A stretch of DNA of 64,000 bases from an uncultured delta proteobacterium (GTDB lineage Bacteria > Desulfobacterota > Desulfomonilia > UBA1062), in assembly GCA_963752595.1 (NCBI GenBank), contig CAVVYZ010000001.1, forward strand, positions 224,001-288,000. The letters run 5' to 3'. Both the position numbers and the translations under genes were made by a program. Of this stretch, positions 52,585 through 64,000 are shown piece by piece. Position 1 is the first letter of the stretch. Each line of letters begins with the position of its first letter. The notes beneath the pieces are model-generated. The model was given only the letters and a program-made list of their open reading frames with translations. It was not told the origin of the DNA and ran no database searches.

Positions 52585-53479
52585 TTGGATGACATGGCAA
52601 ATGCTTCAGAGAAGATCAATCGGCTGGAAAAGATCATGGAGGCCGCTACGCGGAGCAACAAGCACAGCAGCGATATACTCAAGGCCTTCAGGCCGGTTCT
52701 CGTCAAAAAGGCAGACCTCTTCGATGCTTTAGAACTGCCTCAGGACGAAACGCTGAACCTCGATGAGTCCCGGTTCAAAGAAGGTGTCCCCCTCTGCCGT
52801 CAGAATGACCTTACACCCGGCGGCAATACCTGCGAAACCATTGCCCTGTCTCTGATCCCGGCGATCATCCAGGGGTTCCCGGACATGAAGCTCGAAATGG
52901 AAAAGCTCGAAGGCCTGATCAGGAAGAAGGCCATCAGTCTATCGGAGTACTTTGCAGCAGCACCCGAACAAGGCGATGAACTCATCAGAAGGTGGGCTTC
53001 AGACCCGGGCGTCGCCCCGTATGCATCTGCGTTCTTGGCAAGGACGGTTTTCCGGGTATACCTTGAGAAGAAGGCCCGCAACTGGGCGGAGCTCATAAAG
53101 GGCTTCACATGGGACAAGGGCTACTGCCCGATCTGCGGTTCCTCACCCATGATCGCCAAGGTCCGGGAAGGAATAGCGAACAGGTGGCTCCACTGCTCGT
53201 GCTGCGGCCACGAGTGGGTGTTCGAGCAGGGTGATCTGCCCAGCCTGCGAGAACACCGAGCAGAAAGAGATGACCTATTTCTTCGTGGATAGCAAGGACA
53301 AGGAAACTACGTTCGTGTGCGAGAAGTGCAGGCAGTACTTCATCACGGTGAACAAGGTGAGCGATCTCGCAGAGTTCGATGCGGACGTCTCGGCCATAAG
53401 CCTCGTTCATCTGGACGTCCTCATGCAGGAAAAGGGATTCAAGCCCATGGCAGAGTGCGAGTGGAACGTGTTTCCCTGA
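52585..53479 (+). CDS. fdhE: Formate dehydrogenase accessory protein FdhE; frameshift near 53225
   Basis: CPICGS.P, CSCCGHEW, CPAC, CEKCRQY, HLDVLMQEKG. Confidence 0.85.
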
Positions 53480-53547
53480 TCAATGTGAACACGGCGCTTG
53501 GTGAGAAGTCCCTCAAACACCTGAGAGAGGAGCACGGTTTTTCGTTT

Positions 53548-54270
53548 TCAGTTCCCGCTAAAAAGAACGAGCGAGAAAGACGTCCCTTTGTCTGGTTCGC
53601 TCTCGACTGAAATCGTGCCCCGGTAGGGGTCGAGGAGTTTTTTAACAATCGCGAGGCCAAGTCCGGTTCCTTTGATATCATGAGTCCTGCTGTTTTTGAT
53701 GCGCACGAATTCCTGAAAGAGCCGGGCCTGCTCCTCAGGGGTCATGCCGATGCCGGTATCCGACACGCTCACGGTTATCCCGGTGCCTGTTTTTTTACGG
53801 TCACCCTTATGGATCCATTGTCTTTGTTGTATTTTACGGCGTTGTCCATGAGGTGCTGCAGGATCAACTCGATCTCCCGGGCTACGGCCTGCAGGATGAG
53901 GCCGTCCTCAATTTCTGTTGTCACGGTGATGTTCCGTTCTTGTGCCTCTTTCAGATACCTGTTCAGGATGCTGCGGGCAGTCTTCGATACGTCCAGTGCG
54001 GTGAGGGACGCGGGAAGAGGATGGCGTCCGGATCCTCGACCAGTCCACGACATCGGTGATAAGCTCGCGCATCCGGTGCAGCCGCGAGATGGAATTACCA
54101 ACGATCGGCAGGTAGGAGTTGATGTCTTCGCCGAGGACCTTGCCGCGGATGATCTCCAGGTACGATTCCACGGCATTGAGAGGGGATTTCAGGTCATGGC
54201 CGAGGACAGTGAGAATGTCGAAAGACATCCCTTTGCACTCCGACGTTTTTTCATCCGGGGAAGGGTTCAT
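53548..54270 (-). CDS. Short histidine kinase (HisKA + HATPase only); frameshifted
   Basis: LGHDLKSPL about 20 aa from the start, DNAVKYN, DTGIG, GTGLGL. Confidence 0.85.
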
Positions 54271-54339
54271 AAACATACCTCCTTGCTTACCGAGCCGGAG
54301 GGGCAAGGTCAGTCCCGCCCCTTTTTTTATAGTTGCTCC

Positions 54340-57026
54340 TTACGCCCTTCTTTCGAAATTGACGGCACACGCCTTGTATTCCGCTGTCTGCGTGATGGGA
54401 TCGAAGGCCGGGTTCGTGAGCCGGTTTGCGCACCCCTCACGGAAATGGAAGGCCATCCAGACCATGCCGGGCGGCACTTCCTCGGTGAGCCGCGCCTTGA
54501 CCGTTATCTCTCCCCTGCGGGACCATACCCGGATATAGTCGCCGTCTGCAATTTTTTGCCTTTTTGCATCCGTAGGCGAGATATCCGCCGTCTCTTCAGG
54601 AAGGATCGCATCCATTCCGGAGCGGCCGGTCTGGGTGCGGGTATGGTAGTGGAAGAGCCTGCGGCCGGTGGAAAGGACATAGGGATAGTCCTTGTCAGGG
54701 ACCTCGGCCGGCGGAGTCCAGTCCGCGATCGTGAATATGTCCTTGCCGTGGATGAATTTTCCGTCCCGGTGGAGGAACGATGTGCCCGGGTGATCTTCGT
54801 TGGGGCAGGGCCACTGGATGCCGTCTTTCTCGATCCTCTGGTACTTGATGCCGGCCATGGCCGGGACCAGGACCGAGACCTCGTTGTCCCAGATTTCAGG
54901 CCCGCTGTCCGAGGCCCACTCATGGCCCATGCGCTTTGCGATCTCTCTGAAAATCCACCAGTTGGGCTTCGCCTGGCCCGGAGGCGTGCTCACCTTGCGC
55001 ACCCGGCTCACCCTTCGCTCGCTACTCGTAAACGTGCCGTCATCCTCGCTCCAGGCCGCGGCCGGGAGCACGACATGGGCAAACCGCGTGGTCTCGGTGG
55101 GGAAGATATCGTTGCATACAAGGAACTCGGCGGATTCCAGACAATGCTCGACATGCGTAATGTCGGGCTCGGAGTTCGCCATGTTTTCTCCGAAGATATA
55201 CAATGCCCTGATCTTCTTCGCGGGCAGCGATTCCAGCATGGCAGGGATCATGATGCCCGGTTTTTCCGGCAGCTTGTCCACGCCCCAGGCCTTCTCGAAT
55301 TTGGCCACGGGCATCCGCGTTCGCAACCTGCTGATAGCCCGGGAACACGTTGGGCAGTGCCCCCATGTCGCAGGCGCCCTGGACGTTGTTCTGGCCGCGC
55401 AAGGGGTTGACGCCCCCGCTCTCCACGCCCATATTGCCCAGCAGCATCTGGAGGTTTGCAACGGATACGACGTTGTTTCTTCCACAGGTATGCTCGGTGA
55501 TTCCCAGGGTGTAGCAGACCATGCACGGCTTTACTGATGAGAGCAGGTATGCGATCTCCCGGATCTTGTCAGCTTCGACCCCCGAAATCTCGGCGGCCTT
55601 TTCCAGGGGGATAATGTGCCAGCACATGCTCTCTGAATGCCTCGAAGCCTTTGCAGTTCTGCTCCACAAAAGCCTTGTCATAGAGATCTTCTTTGGTGAG
55701 TACATGCATGAGCCCGTTCAGGAACGCGATGTCGGAGCCCACTTTGATCTGGGCGAAGATATCGGAGAACTCCACGAGAGGCTGTCTTCTCGGGTCCACC
55801 ACGATCAGCTTGGCCCCTTTCTCCACGGCATTCTTCAGGAAGGTGGCCGCAACGGGATGTGCCTCGGTCATGTTGGTGCCTATGCAGAAGAACATCTTCG
55901 CTTTTTGGAACTCGCCGAACGAGTTGGTCATTGCCCCGGACCCGAAAGCTGTTGCCGGACCGGCAACGGTGGGCGCGTGTCACGTTCGCGCGCAGTGATC
56001 GATGTTGTTGGTGCCGATCACCGCGCGGAAGAGCTTCTGCATCTGGTAGGAATCTTCATTCGTGCTTCGGGCACAGCTCACGCCCGCGATTGCATCCGGG
56101 CCGTGTTTCGCGATGATCTTCTTGAATTTATCAGCCGTCAGGTTGAGCGCCTCGTCCCACGATGCCTCCCGGAACACTCCTTTTTCTTTGATGAGCGGCA
56201 TGGTCAGCCTGTCTTCGGAATAGATGAAATCATACCCATACCGGCCTTTAACGCAGAGCCGTCCCTTGTTGGGGGAGCCGTCCTCCACGCCGGTGAATTT
56301 CATGATCCTCCCGCCCTTGACGTGAAGGTCCAGCTGGCAGCCCACACCGCAATAGGGGCACGTGGTCCTGACTTTTGTTAGATCCCACACTCGGGCCTTG
56401 CCGATGGACTTCTTGTTGGTGAGGGCCCCTACCGGGCATATCTCGGGTGCATTCGCCGCACTGGACGCACGAAGATTCTCCCATGGGGTCATTGCAGCCG
56501 AAACCTATCTCGGCTTCATATCCCCTTTTCATAACTTTCATGGCGCGGTTGACCACGACATGATTGCATGCCTCAGCACATCGCCCGCACAGGATGCACT
56601 TGGTATGGTCGATGCGTATGAAGGCGGAGCTGTCGTCAAAATGGGGCAAGCGCTCCGCTTTCCAGATATCAGTGCTCTCGATCTTCAGATTATACGCAGC
56701 GTCCTGCAGCTCACAAGCCCCGGTTTTTTCGCATATGATACAGTCATGGTTTCCCGAGGAAAGGGCCAGCTTTATCACGAAACGCTGAACTTCAAGGGCC
56801 CGCTCGGAACCGGTGACGATCTCCATTCCATCGGCGATCACGGTGTTGCAGGCGGTCACCAGCCCCGGGCTGCCTTTCACCTCGACGACGCATGTCCGGC
56901 ATCTCGCATGAGCGCCGACCTTTTCATGATAGCACAAGGTCGGGATGTACACCCCGACTGCACGGGCAGCCCCAAGGATGGTCTGCCCTTTTTGCGCGGT
57001 ATGCCGCATTCCGTTGATGGTAATAT

Positions 57027-57030
<4 letters not shown>
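54340..57030 (-). CDS. fdhF: Cytoplasmic formate dehydrogenase alpha subunit 2 (Sec); frameshifted
   Basis: IPTLCY..CRTC, CILCGRC, TCPYCGVGC, NNIDHCART-TGA(55982-55980)-HAPTVAG, TAEYKACAV; hairpin gttgcc-ggtcc-ggcaac. Confidence 0.93.
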
Positions 57031-57482
<452 letters not shown>

Positions 57483-57513
57483 GGCCCATCTCCTTTATTC
57501 TATAGAAGTCGTA

Positions 57514-58765
57514 TCAGTTGTTTTTTGCCTTTTTCTCAAATTCGGGGCGGAAGAGACGCAAGGCAGAGAGAACCGGTTCAACCATGCCGGTGCCCATAGG
57601 GCAGAAGGTCCGGCCATGAATACCTTTGGCCAGGTACTCCAGCTCTTCGATATCCTTCATGGAGCCTTTTCCTGCTGTAAGATTTTCCAGGTGCATAAGC
57701 ATCTGCCTCCCCCCGAGGCGGCACGGCAGACAGTTGCCGCATGATTCATGCACAAAGAAGCGGATGGTCCGCCGAACCACTTCGACGATATCCGTCGTCC
57801 CGTCCATCACGATGACGGCCCCGGTTCCCAGGGCTGAACCTGCGGCCTGCAGTGTTTCAAAGGCCATGGGCGTGGATACCTTGTCGCCGCTCAAAAGAGG
57901 GGTGGAAGCCCCGCCCGGGACGATGGCCTTAATGTCACGTCCCTTGCGGATACCGCCTGCATGCTCGTAGATGATCTCCTTGAGGGTCGGTGCCCAGGGG
58001 CAGCTCGAAGTTGCCCGGACGGTTCACATGCCCGCTCACACAGAAGATCTTTATCCCCTTGCTCTTTTCCGTTCCGATTCCAAAGTGCCACTGAGCCCCT
58101 CTGAGGATAATGTGAGGTATGTTGGAGAGCGTCTCGCAGTTCTGTACGAGAGTCGGTTTGTCCCACATGCCCTTATTCGCAGGATAGGGCGGTTTCTGCC
58201 TGGGCACGCCGCGCTTACCTTCCAGCGATTCTATCATTGCCGTCTCTTCACCGCAGATATATGCACCGGCCCCGCGATGAACAGATACATCAAGGTCAAA
58301 GCCGCTGCCGAGGATATTTTTCCCGAGAAATCCATGCTGGTATGCATCGGAAATAGCTTTTATCCATCGCTTGACCCCGAGGAAAAACTGCCCCGGATAT
58401 AGACAAAGGCCCGGTGGGCCCCTACTGCATACGCGGTAATGATCACCCCTTCCAGGATAGAGTGCGGGTCTCTCTCAACGATGAGCCGATCCTTGAAGGT
58501 TCCCGGCTCGCCCTCGTCGGTGTTTACGGCCAAATATCTGACCGGCGCGTTCTTTCGGCATGAATCCCCACTTGACCCCTGTGGGAAAGCCTGCACCGCC
58601 GCGGCCTCTCAGGCCCGAATTCTTCACTTCGGCAATAATGCTCTCAGGGGACATCGACAAGACTTTTTTAAGCGCCTGATAGCCCCCGTATTTTAAGTAG
58701 GTGTCTATTTTTTCTGAGTTGGGACGATCGACATTTGCCAGAAGGACAGGTTCCCAGTGCGCCAT
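57514..58765 (-). CDS. NuoF-like FMN/NADH-binding subunit; frameshifted
   Basis: SGLRGRGGAGFPTG, NTDEGEPGTFKD, GAYICGEETA, SLEG..G.PR.KPPYPA, ESCGNCLPCR, FCPMG. Confidence 0.92.
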
Positions 58766-58766
58766 A

Positions 58767-59243
58767 CTACACCTCCCCCATGAGACGTTCCAGAATATCG
58801 TCGATGCTCGCAGGCGAAAGGTTCTCGTAGAGCTGGTCATTCACGCGCATGGCAGGGGCTGTCCCGCAGGATGCGAGGCACTGGACGGTTTCAAGGGTGA
58901 ATCTCCCATCGCTGGTGGTTTCTCCCGGTACGATGCCCAGCTTGGCGCTGACATACTCGACCACCCGCTCCGCCCCGTCGTTCAAATAGCACGAGAGACC
59001 CTCGCAAACCTGGATGACATGGCGGCCCACAGGCTCCATCCGGAACAGGGTGTAAAAACTCGCGGTGCTGTATACCTCTCCGTCCGTCAATCCCAGACGC
59101 TTTGCCACCTGGTGAACGGCATCCCTGGTCAGGTATCCATTCTGTTCCTGTGCGATATAGAGCGCTGCGAGCAGCATGGACTGCTCACCGGGATCGACTT
59201 TTGCGCCGACTTCAGGTTTCCGGGAAGTACTCCTGGCATTCAT
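58767..59243 (-). CDS. NuoE-like 2Fe-2S subunit
   Basis: ASFYTLF, VCEGLSC, CLASCGTAP. Confidence 0.9.
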   Translation of the reverse strand: MNARSTSRKPEVGAKVDPGEQSMLLAALYIAQEQNGYLTRDAVHQVAKRLGLTDGEVYSTASFYTLFRMEPVGRHVIQVCEGLSCYLNDGAERVVEYVSAKLGIVPGETTSDGRFTLETVQCLASCGTAPAMRVNDQLYENLSPASIDDILERLMGEV

Positions 59244-59379
59244 CGTTAGACTCCTTTCTACTGGAAATATACCTGCATATAAGGTCTGCAGGACATGGCG
59301 CTTCACGCACGACCAATGAGCCGGCAGATGCCTCCCTGCATTCATAAAAAACCGGTCTCCCTGCCGCTTCCGAAGGACA

Positions 59380-59506
59380 GCAATAATAATGCCATAAAAA
59401 GCATAATAAGAAAGACTATCATAATTAAGGTATTATAAAAGCATATCCTGGAACTGATATCCGGTGAGCGGGGCTATTTACCCCTACCTCCGGGGATATA
59501 TTCCCC
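59380..59506 (-). promoter_or_regulatory. Sigma-54 promoter of the nuoEF-fdh operon with tandem upstream palindromes
   Basis: TGGCATTATTATTGC (GG-N10-GC) on minus strand 59394-59380; GGGGCTATTTACCCC 59470-59484 and GGGGATATATTCCCC 59492-59506. Confidence 0.7.
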
Positions 59507-59557
59507 TTCGGACAGGAAAAATTGCTCCGACTGAAGGGGCTGAAAGCTCTTTTAGAA

Positions 59558-59577
59558 TTATGTTATCAATAACATAA
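59558..59577. promoter_or_regulatory. ModE-like palindrome upstream of fdnG
   Basis: TTATGTTAT-CA-ATAACATAA perfect 9-2-9 palindrome; 16/20 identical to 49263-49282 upstream of modA. Confidence 0.55.
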
Positions 59578-59703
59578 ATAAAAGATATTATTCATTTTTA
59601 ATCTTTATGAATGGCCAATTCTCCATTGACTTTGTCTGAGAAAAGTCATTATATGTCCGAGAGATACATATATACATCAATACATAAAAGAGGAGGGGTT
59701 TGG

Positions 59704-62700
59704 ATGCAAGTTACGCGTAGGGGCTTTTTAAAGCTGACCGGCGTCGTCAGTGCGTCGTCCGCTTTAGGCCTGAATTTCAAGCCGGTGAAGGCGTATGCTG
59801 CCGAGCTCAACAAGATGAACCGGATCAAGACGGCCAAGCAGTACATAACCATCTGCTGCTACTGTTCTGTCGGCTGCGGTCTCATCTGCAGCGTGGACAA
59901 GCGTGACCGGCAAAATTTTCAACATCGAAGGCGATGCCGACCATCCCATCAATGAAGGCTCGCTGTGCGCCAAGGGCGCAGGTTTCTTCGACCTCACCGA
60001 GGCCAACAAGCACCGCCTGCGCAAGGTTCTGTACCGGGCCCCGTAAAGCGACAAGTGGGAAGAAAAGGACTGGGACTGGGCCATGAACCGCAATCGCCCG
60101 CCTGGTCAAGGACACGCGCGACAAGGACTTTATCGTCGACAAACGAGAAGGGCCAGCTCGTGAACCGGTGCGAATCCATCGGCCATCTCGGGAGCTCCAA
60201 TATCGACAATGAAGAATGCTGGCTCATGACGCATGTCATGCCGCGCCATGGGTCTGGTGCACATCGATCATCAGGCCCGTGTCTGACACAGTCCCTCTGT
60301 AGCGGCTCTGGGAGAGTCGTTCGGCCGTGGTTCGATGACGAACCATTATATCGATCTGAAAAACAGTGACTGTATCCTTATCATGGGCAGCAATGCCGCA
60401 GAGCACCACCCCATCGCATTCAAATGGATACTTCAGGGCAAAGGAAACAAGGGGCCAGGATCATTCATGTTGATCCCCGCTATACCAGGACTTCCGCCCG
60501 TTGCGATTATCATGTTCCGCTTCGCTCCGGAACGGATATCGCCTTCCTGGGCGGCATGATCAACTACATCATAAATAACGACAAGATATTCCATGACTAT
60601 GTCGTCAACTACACCAATGCTCGTTCATCGTGGGCCAGACTATAACTTCAAGGACGGTCTTTTCTCCGGCTATGATGCGAAAAGCGCAAGTACAACAAGG
60701 ACACCTGGGTCTTCGATAAGGACGCAACGGGCGTTCCCAAAACGGGACATGACCCTGCCGATCCCCGTTGCGTGTATCAGCTCATGAAAGCAGCATTATT
60801 CCCGCTACACCCTGGACAAGGTCTCCGGCATCACCGGCGTATCAAAAGAAAATCTCATGCGGGTTTACACGGAATACGCTGCCACCGGCGCGCCGGACAA
60901 GGCCGGCACCGATCTGCTATGCCATGGGCTGGACCCAGCACACGACAGGCAGCCAGATCATCCGCACCATGTCCATTATCCAGCTCTGCTCGGGAATATG
61001 GGCATCGCCGGCGGCGGCGTCAATGCGCTGCGCGGCGAGCCCAATGTGCAGGGTTCGACCGACCATGCCATTCTCTATAATCTCCTGCCCGGGTATCTGA
61101 AAATGCCGTCAGGCTCACTCGACACCCTGAAGAAATATCTCGAGAAATACACGCCCAAGTGCAATGATCCGCAGTCGGCCAACTTTTACAAGAACTATCC
61201 CGAAGTTCTTTGTGAGCTTTCTGAAGGCCATTACGGCGACACGGCCACCCCAGAAAACGAGTTCGGCTACTCCTGGCTGCCCAAGCTCGATGACGGCAAG
61301 CACTATTCCCTCATGCACCTGTTTGACAAAATGTATGCCGGCAAGATGAAGGGGCTTTTTGCCGTACGGAACAGACCCGGCCGTGAGCTCGCCCAACACC
61401 ACCAAGGTCCGCAAGGCCCTGGAAAAGCTCGACTGGCTGGTCAGCGCCAAATCTTCGACAACGAGACCTGCTCATTCTTGAAGGGCCCGGGCGTTGACCC
61501 GAAAAGATCAAGACCGAGGTGCTTCCTGCTGCCCGCGCGGCCACCATGGAAAAGGAAGGCAGCCAGAGCAACAGCGGCCGCTGGGTGCAGTGGAAGTACA
61601 AGGCCGCCGAATCCGCCGGAAGACGCCATCCCCGTGGGCGAGATCTTGATCAGGATCATGTCGCCGTCAAGGCCTGTATGCAAAGGAAGGCGGCACAATG
61701 CCCGAACCCATTCTCAACCTCAAGTGGGACTATACCGATGCCAAGGGCCAATACGACGCCCTCAAGGTGGCCAAGCAGATCAACGGCTACTTTCTGAAGG
61801 ACACGGTCATCGAAGACAAGGACAAGGGCACGAAGAAGGAGTACAAGAAAGGCGATCTGGTGCCCGCTTTCGGCATGCTCATGGACGACGGCACCACCTC
61901 CAGCGGCAACTGGGTCATGGCCGGCAGCTTTGACGCGAAAGGCGAGAACAAGATGGCCAAGCGCGGCAAGGAAGACCCCACCGGCCTGGGCCTTTACCCC
62001 AACTGGTCCTATGCCTGGCCGGTGAACCGCCGCATCATCTACAACCGGGCTTCCTGCGATGTCAACGGCAAGCCCTACAATCCCAAGCGCAAGATTCTGG
62101 AATGGACCGGCGACAAATGGGTGGGCGATGTGCCCGACGGCCCCTGGCCGCCCATGGCGGACAAGGAAAAGGGGAAATACCCTTCATCATGAAGACGACG
62201 GGTCGGCGCCTGTTCGGCCCCGGCATGGCCGAAGGCCCCTTCCCCGAGCACTATGAACCACTGGAAGGCCCGCTGGCCAAGAACCCCTTGTCCGGCCAGC
62301 TCATCAACCCGGCCATCAAGATATTCAACAGCGAGATGGACAAGGTTGCCAATGCGAGTGATGAAGTTTCCCTATGTCTGCACGACCTACTCCTGCACCG
62401 AACACTGGTGCTCCGGCGCCCTGACCCGCTGGCAGGCATGGCTCCTGAGATGCAGCCCGAGCTGTACGTGGAGATCGGCGACGAGCTGGCCAGAGAAGCT
62501 CGGCATCAAAAACGGCGAAAGGGTCAAGGTAGCGTCTGTCCGCGGCAAGGTGGAATGCGTGGCCATGGTCACCAAGCGCTTCAAGCCCTTCAAGATCGAG
62601 GGCAAGACCGTTCATCAGGTCGGGCTGCCCTTTAACTACGGCTGGCTCTATCCCGAAGGACGGCGGCGACAGCACCAACTTCCTGACCCCGACCGTGGCG

Positions 62701-62759
62701 ACGCCAATACCTTCTGCCCGGAGTACAAGGCGTTCATGGTCAATGTGAAGAAAGCATAG
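59704..62759 (+). CDS. fdnG: Periplasmic (Tat) formate dehydrogenase alpha subunit, FdnG type, Sec; many frameshifts
   Basis: TRRGFLK, ICCYCSVGCG, DHQARV-TGA(60284-60286)-HSPSVAAL, GSNAAEHHP, LRGEPNVQGSTD, WPVNRRIIYNRAS, PEYKAFMV. Confidence 0.93.
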
Positions 62760-62770
62760 GGGGATAAGAC

Positions 62771-63562
62771 ATGGAAAATAAAGAATTCGTAAAACTCATC
62801 GATACCAGCAAGTGCACTGCCTGCCGCGGCTGTCAGGTCGCGTGCAAGCAGTGGAATGAGCTGCCGGGATCTAAGAACCAAAAATCTCGGCAGCTACCAG
62901 AACCCGCCCGATCTGCAGTGGAACACCTGGACCCTCATCCGCTTTCAGGAATATGAGGACAACGCGGGCCGCTTCAACTGGCTGTTCCGCAAGGACGGGT
63001 GCATGCACTGCACGGATGCGGCATGCATCAAGGTCTGCCCGAGCGGTGCCCTGTATCCATACGGAACACGGCACGGTCGGGTTAACCGGGAGGCATGCAT
63101 CGGATGCAAGGCCTGCACCTCTGCCTGTCCCTTCAACATCCCAAGTTACAATGCAGAGACCGAGAAGGTCTACAAGTGCGACCTCTGCTACGACAGGCTC
63201 CAGGGCGGAAAAACGCCCGCCTGCGTGCTCTCCTGCATCACCGGGGCCCTCTCCATCGGCGACAAGGACACCATGATCAAAAAGGCCTATGACCGCATGG
63301 AGCAGCTCGAAGGCAAGGCCGATCGTGTACGGAGACAAGTTCGTGGGCGGAACCCACGTGATGTACATCCTTTCCGAGCCGCCGGCCATCTATGACAATC
63401 TCCCTGTTAACCCCAAGGTGCCCGCTATCGGTCATCCTGTGGAAAAACCTGTTCAAGCCGTTTACCCTCATCGGCATGGGCGCGGTTGCCGGCATGGCTG
63501 CACTGCATTATCTGATCAAGGGCCCCCATGAGGTCCATGAAAAGAATGAAGGGGGTGAGTGA
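62771..63562 (+). CDS. fdnH: Formate dehydrogenase iron-sulfur beta subunit; frameshifted
   Basis: CTACRGCQVACKQWN, CMHCTDAACIKVCP, CIGCKACTSACPF, KCDLC, GGTHVMY, C-terminal TM. Confidence 0.92.
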
Positions 63563-63563
63563 T

Positions 63564-64000
63564 ATGTCGAATCATACCGCAGACATGGTAAAGGTAACGG
63601 ACGCAACCGAGCGGATCGCACACTGGATACTGGCAGGGAGCTGTCTCTTCTGCCTGTTCTCGGGCTTAGGCCTGATGTTCCATTCATGGAATTTCATTCC
63701 GGCGCTGCTGGGCGGCCTGTACGCCACCAAGTGGATGCACATCTTCTCGGGCGTGGTGTTCTCTTTCTCGCTGATCTACGCCTATTTCATGTGGCAGAAG
63801 GACTGCGCCTTCGAACCTGATGATGCGAAATGGATCATGAACGGCGGAGGCTACCTCTGGGAGACGACGAACCTGCCCCCGGTATACAAGTATAACGCCG
63901 GACAGAAGCTTTTCTTCTGGTTCGTGATGATCTTCGGCTTAATTATCATAGTAAGCGGACTGGTCATGTGGAACCCGCTCATTTTCCCCGATCTCGTAGC
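63564..64000 (+). CDS. fdnI: Formate dehydrogenase cytochrome b gamma subunit, partial
   Basis: MSNHTADMVKVTDATERIAHW..SGLG..MHIFSG..GGYL..KYNAGQKLFFW; runs off the window. Confidence 0.9.
   Translation, partial: MSNHTADMVKVTDATERIAHWILAGSCLFCLFSGLGLMFHSWNFIPALLGGLYATKWMHIFSGVVFSFSLIYAYFMWQKDCAFEPDDAKWIMNGGGYLWETTNLPPVYKYNAGQKLFFWFVMIFGLIIIVSGLVMWNPLIFPDLV

Noticed and set aside
53680-55410. Long 576-aa plus-strand ORF, and similar ones at 8855..10075, 16224..17303 and 17983..19260
   Set aside because: Each lies antisense to a well-supported gene, as expected from GC-rich codon bias.
60044-60046. In-frame TAA in fdnG (YRAP*SDKW)
   Set aside because: A Tyr codon miscall is the likely cause; not a recoding signal.

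Overview
Gene-dense chromosomal window from an anaerobic, selenium-using bacterium. Gene content (three Sec formate dehydrogenases, NuoEF-type NADH module, hcp/HcpR, PrxU, sigma-54 promoters, multi-PAS sensor) suggests a Deltaproteobacteria/Desulfobacterota-like, possibly syntrophic organism; this is inference. Many conserved genes carry 1-bp frameshifts and there is a 55-nt poly-T run, which looks like uncorrected long-read consensus, so coordinates of broken genes are reconstructed. Blocks from left to right: multi-PAS sensor (partial); PhaC-like hydrolase; ald-amidohydrolase-two class III aminotransferases-TetR; a sigma-54-type operon of two tiny membrane proteins; housekeeping genes; prxU-ferredoxin-hcp-HcpR; an AT-richer type III R-M island with an MNT-HEPN pair between mod and res; tex, rlmI, higBA, ygiQ; an OmpR-type two-component system with exported proteins; modABC-fmdE; and a 14-kb formate dehydrogenase cluster. 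Strongest novelty candidate: the two tandem aminotransferases have lost complementary halves of the composite PLP site, predicting an obligate heterodimer with one active site. No rRNA, tRNA or CRISPR array was seen.
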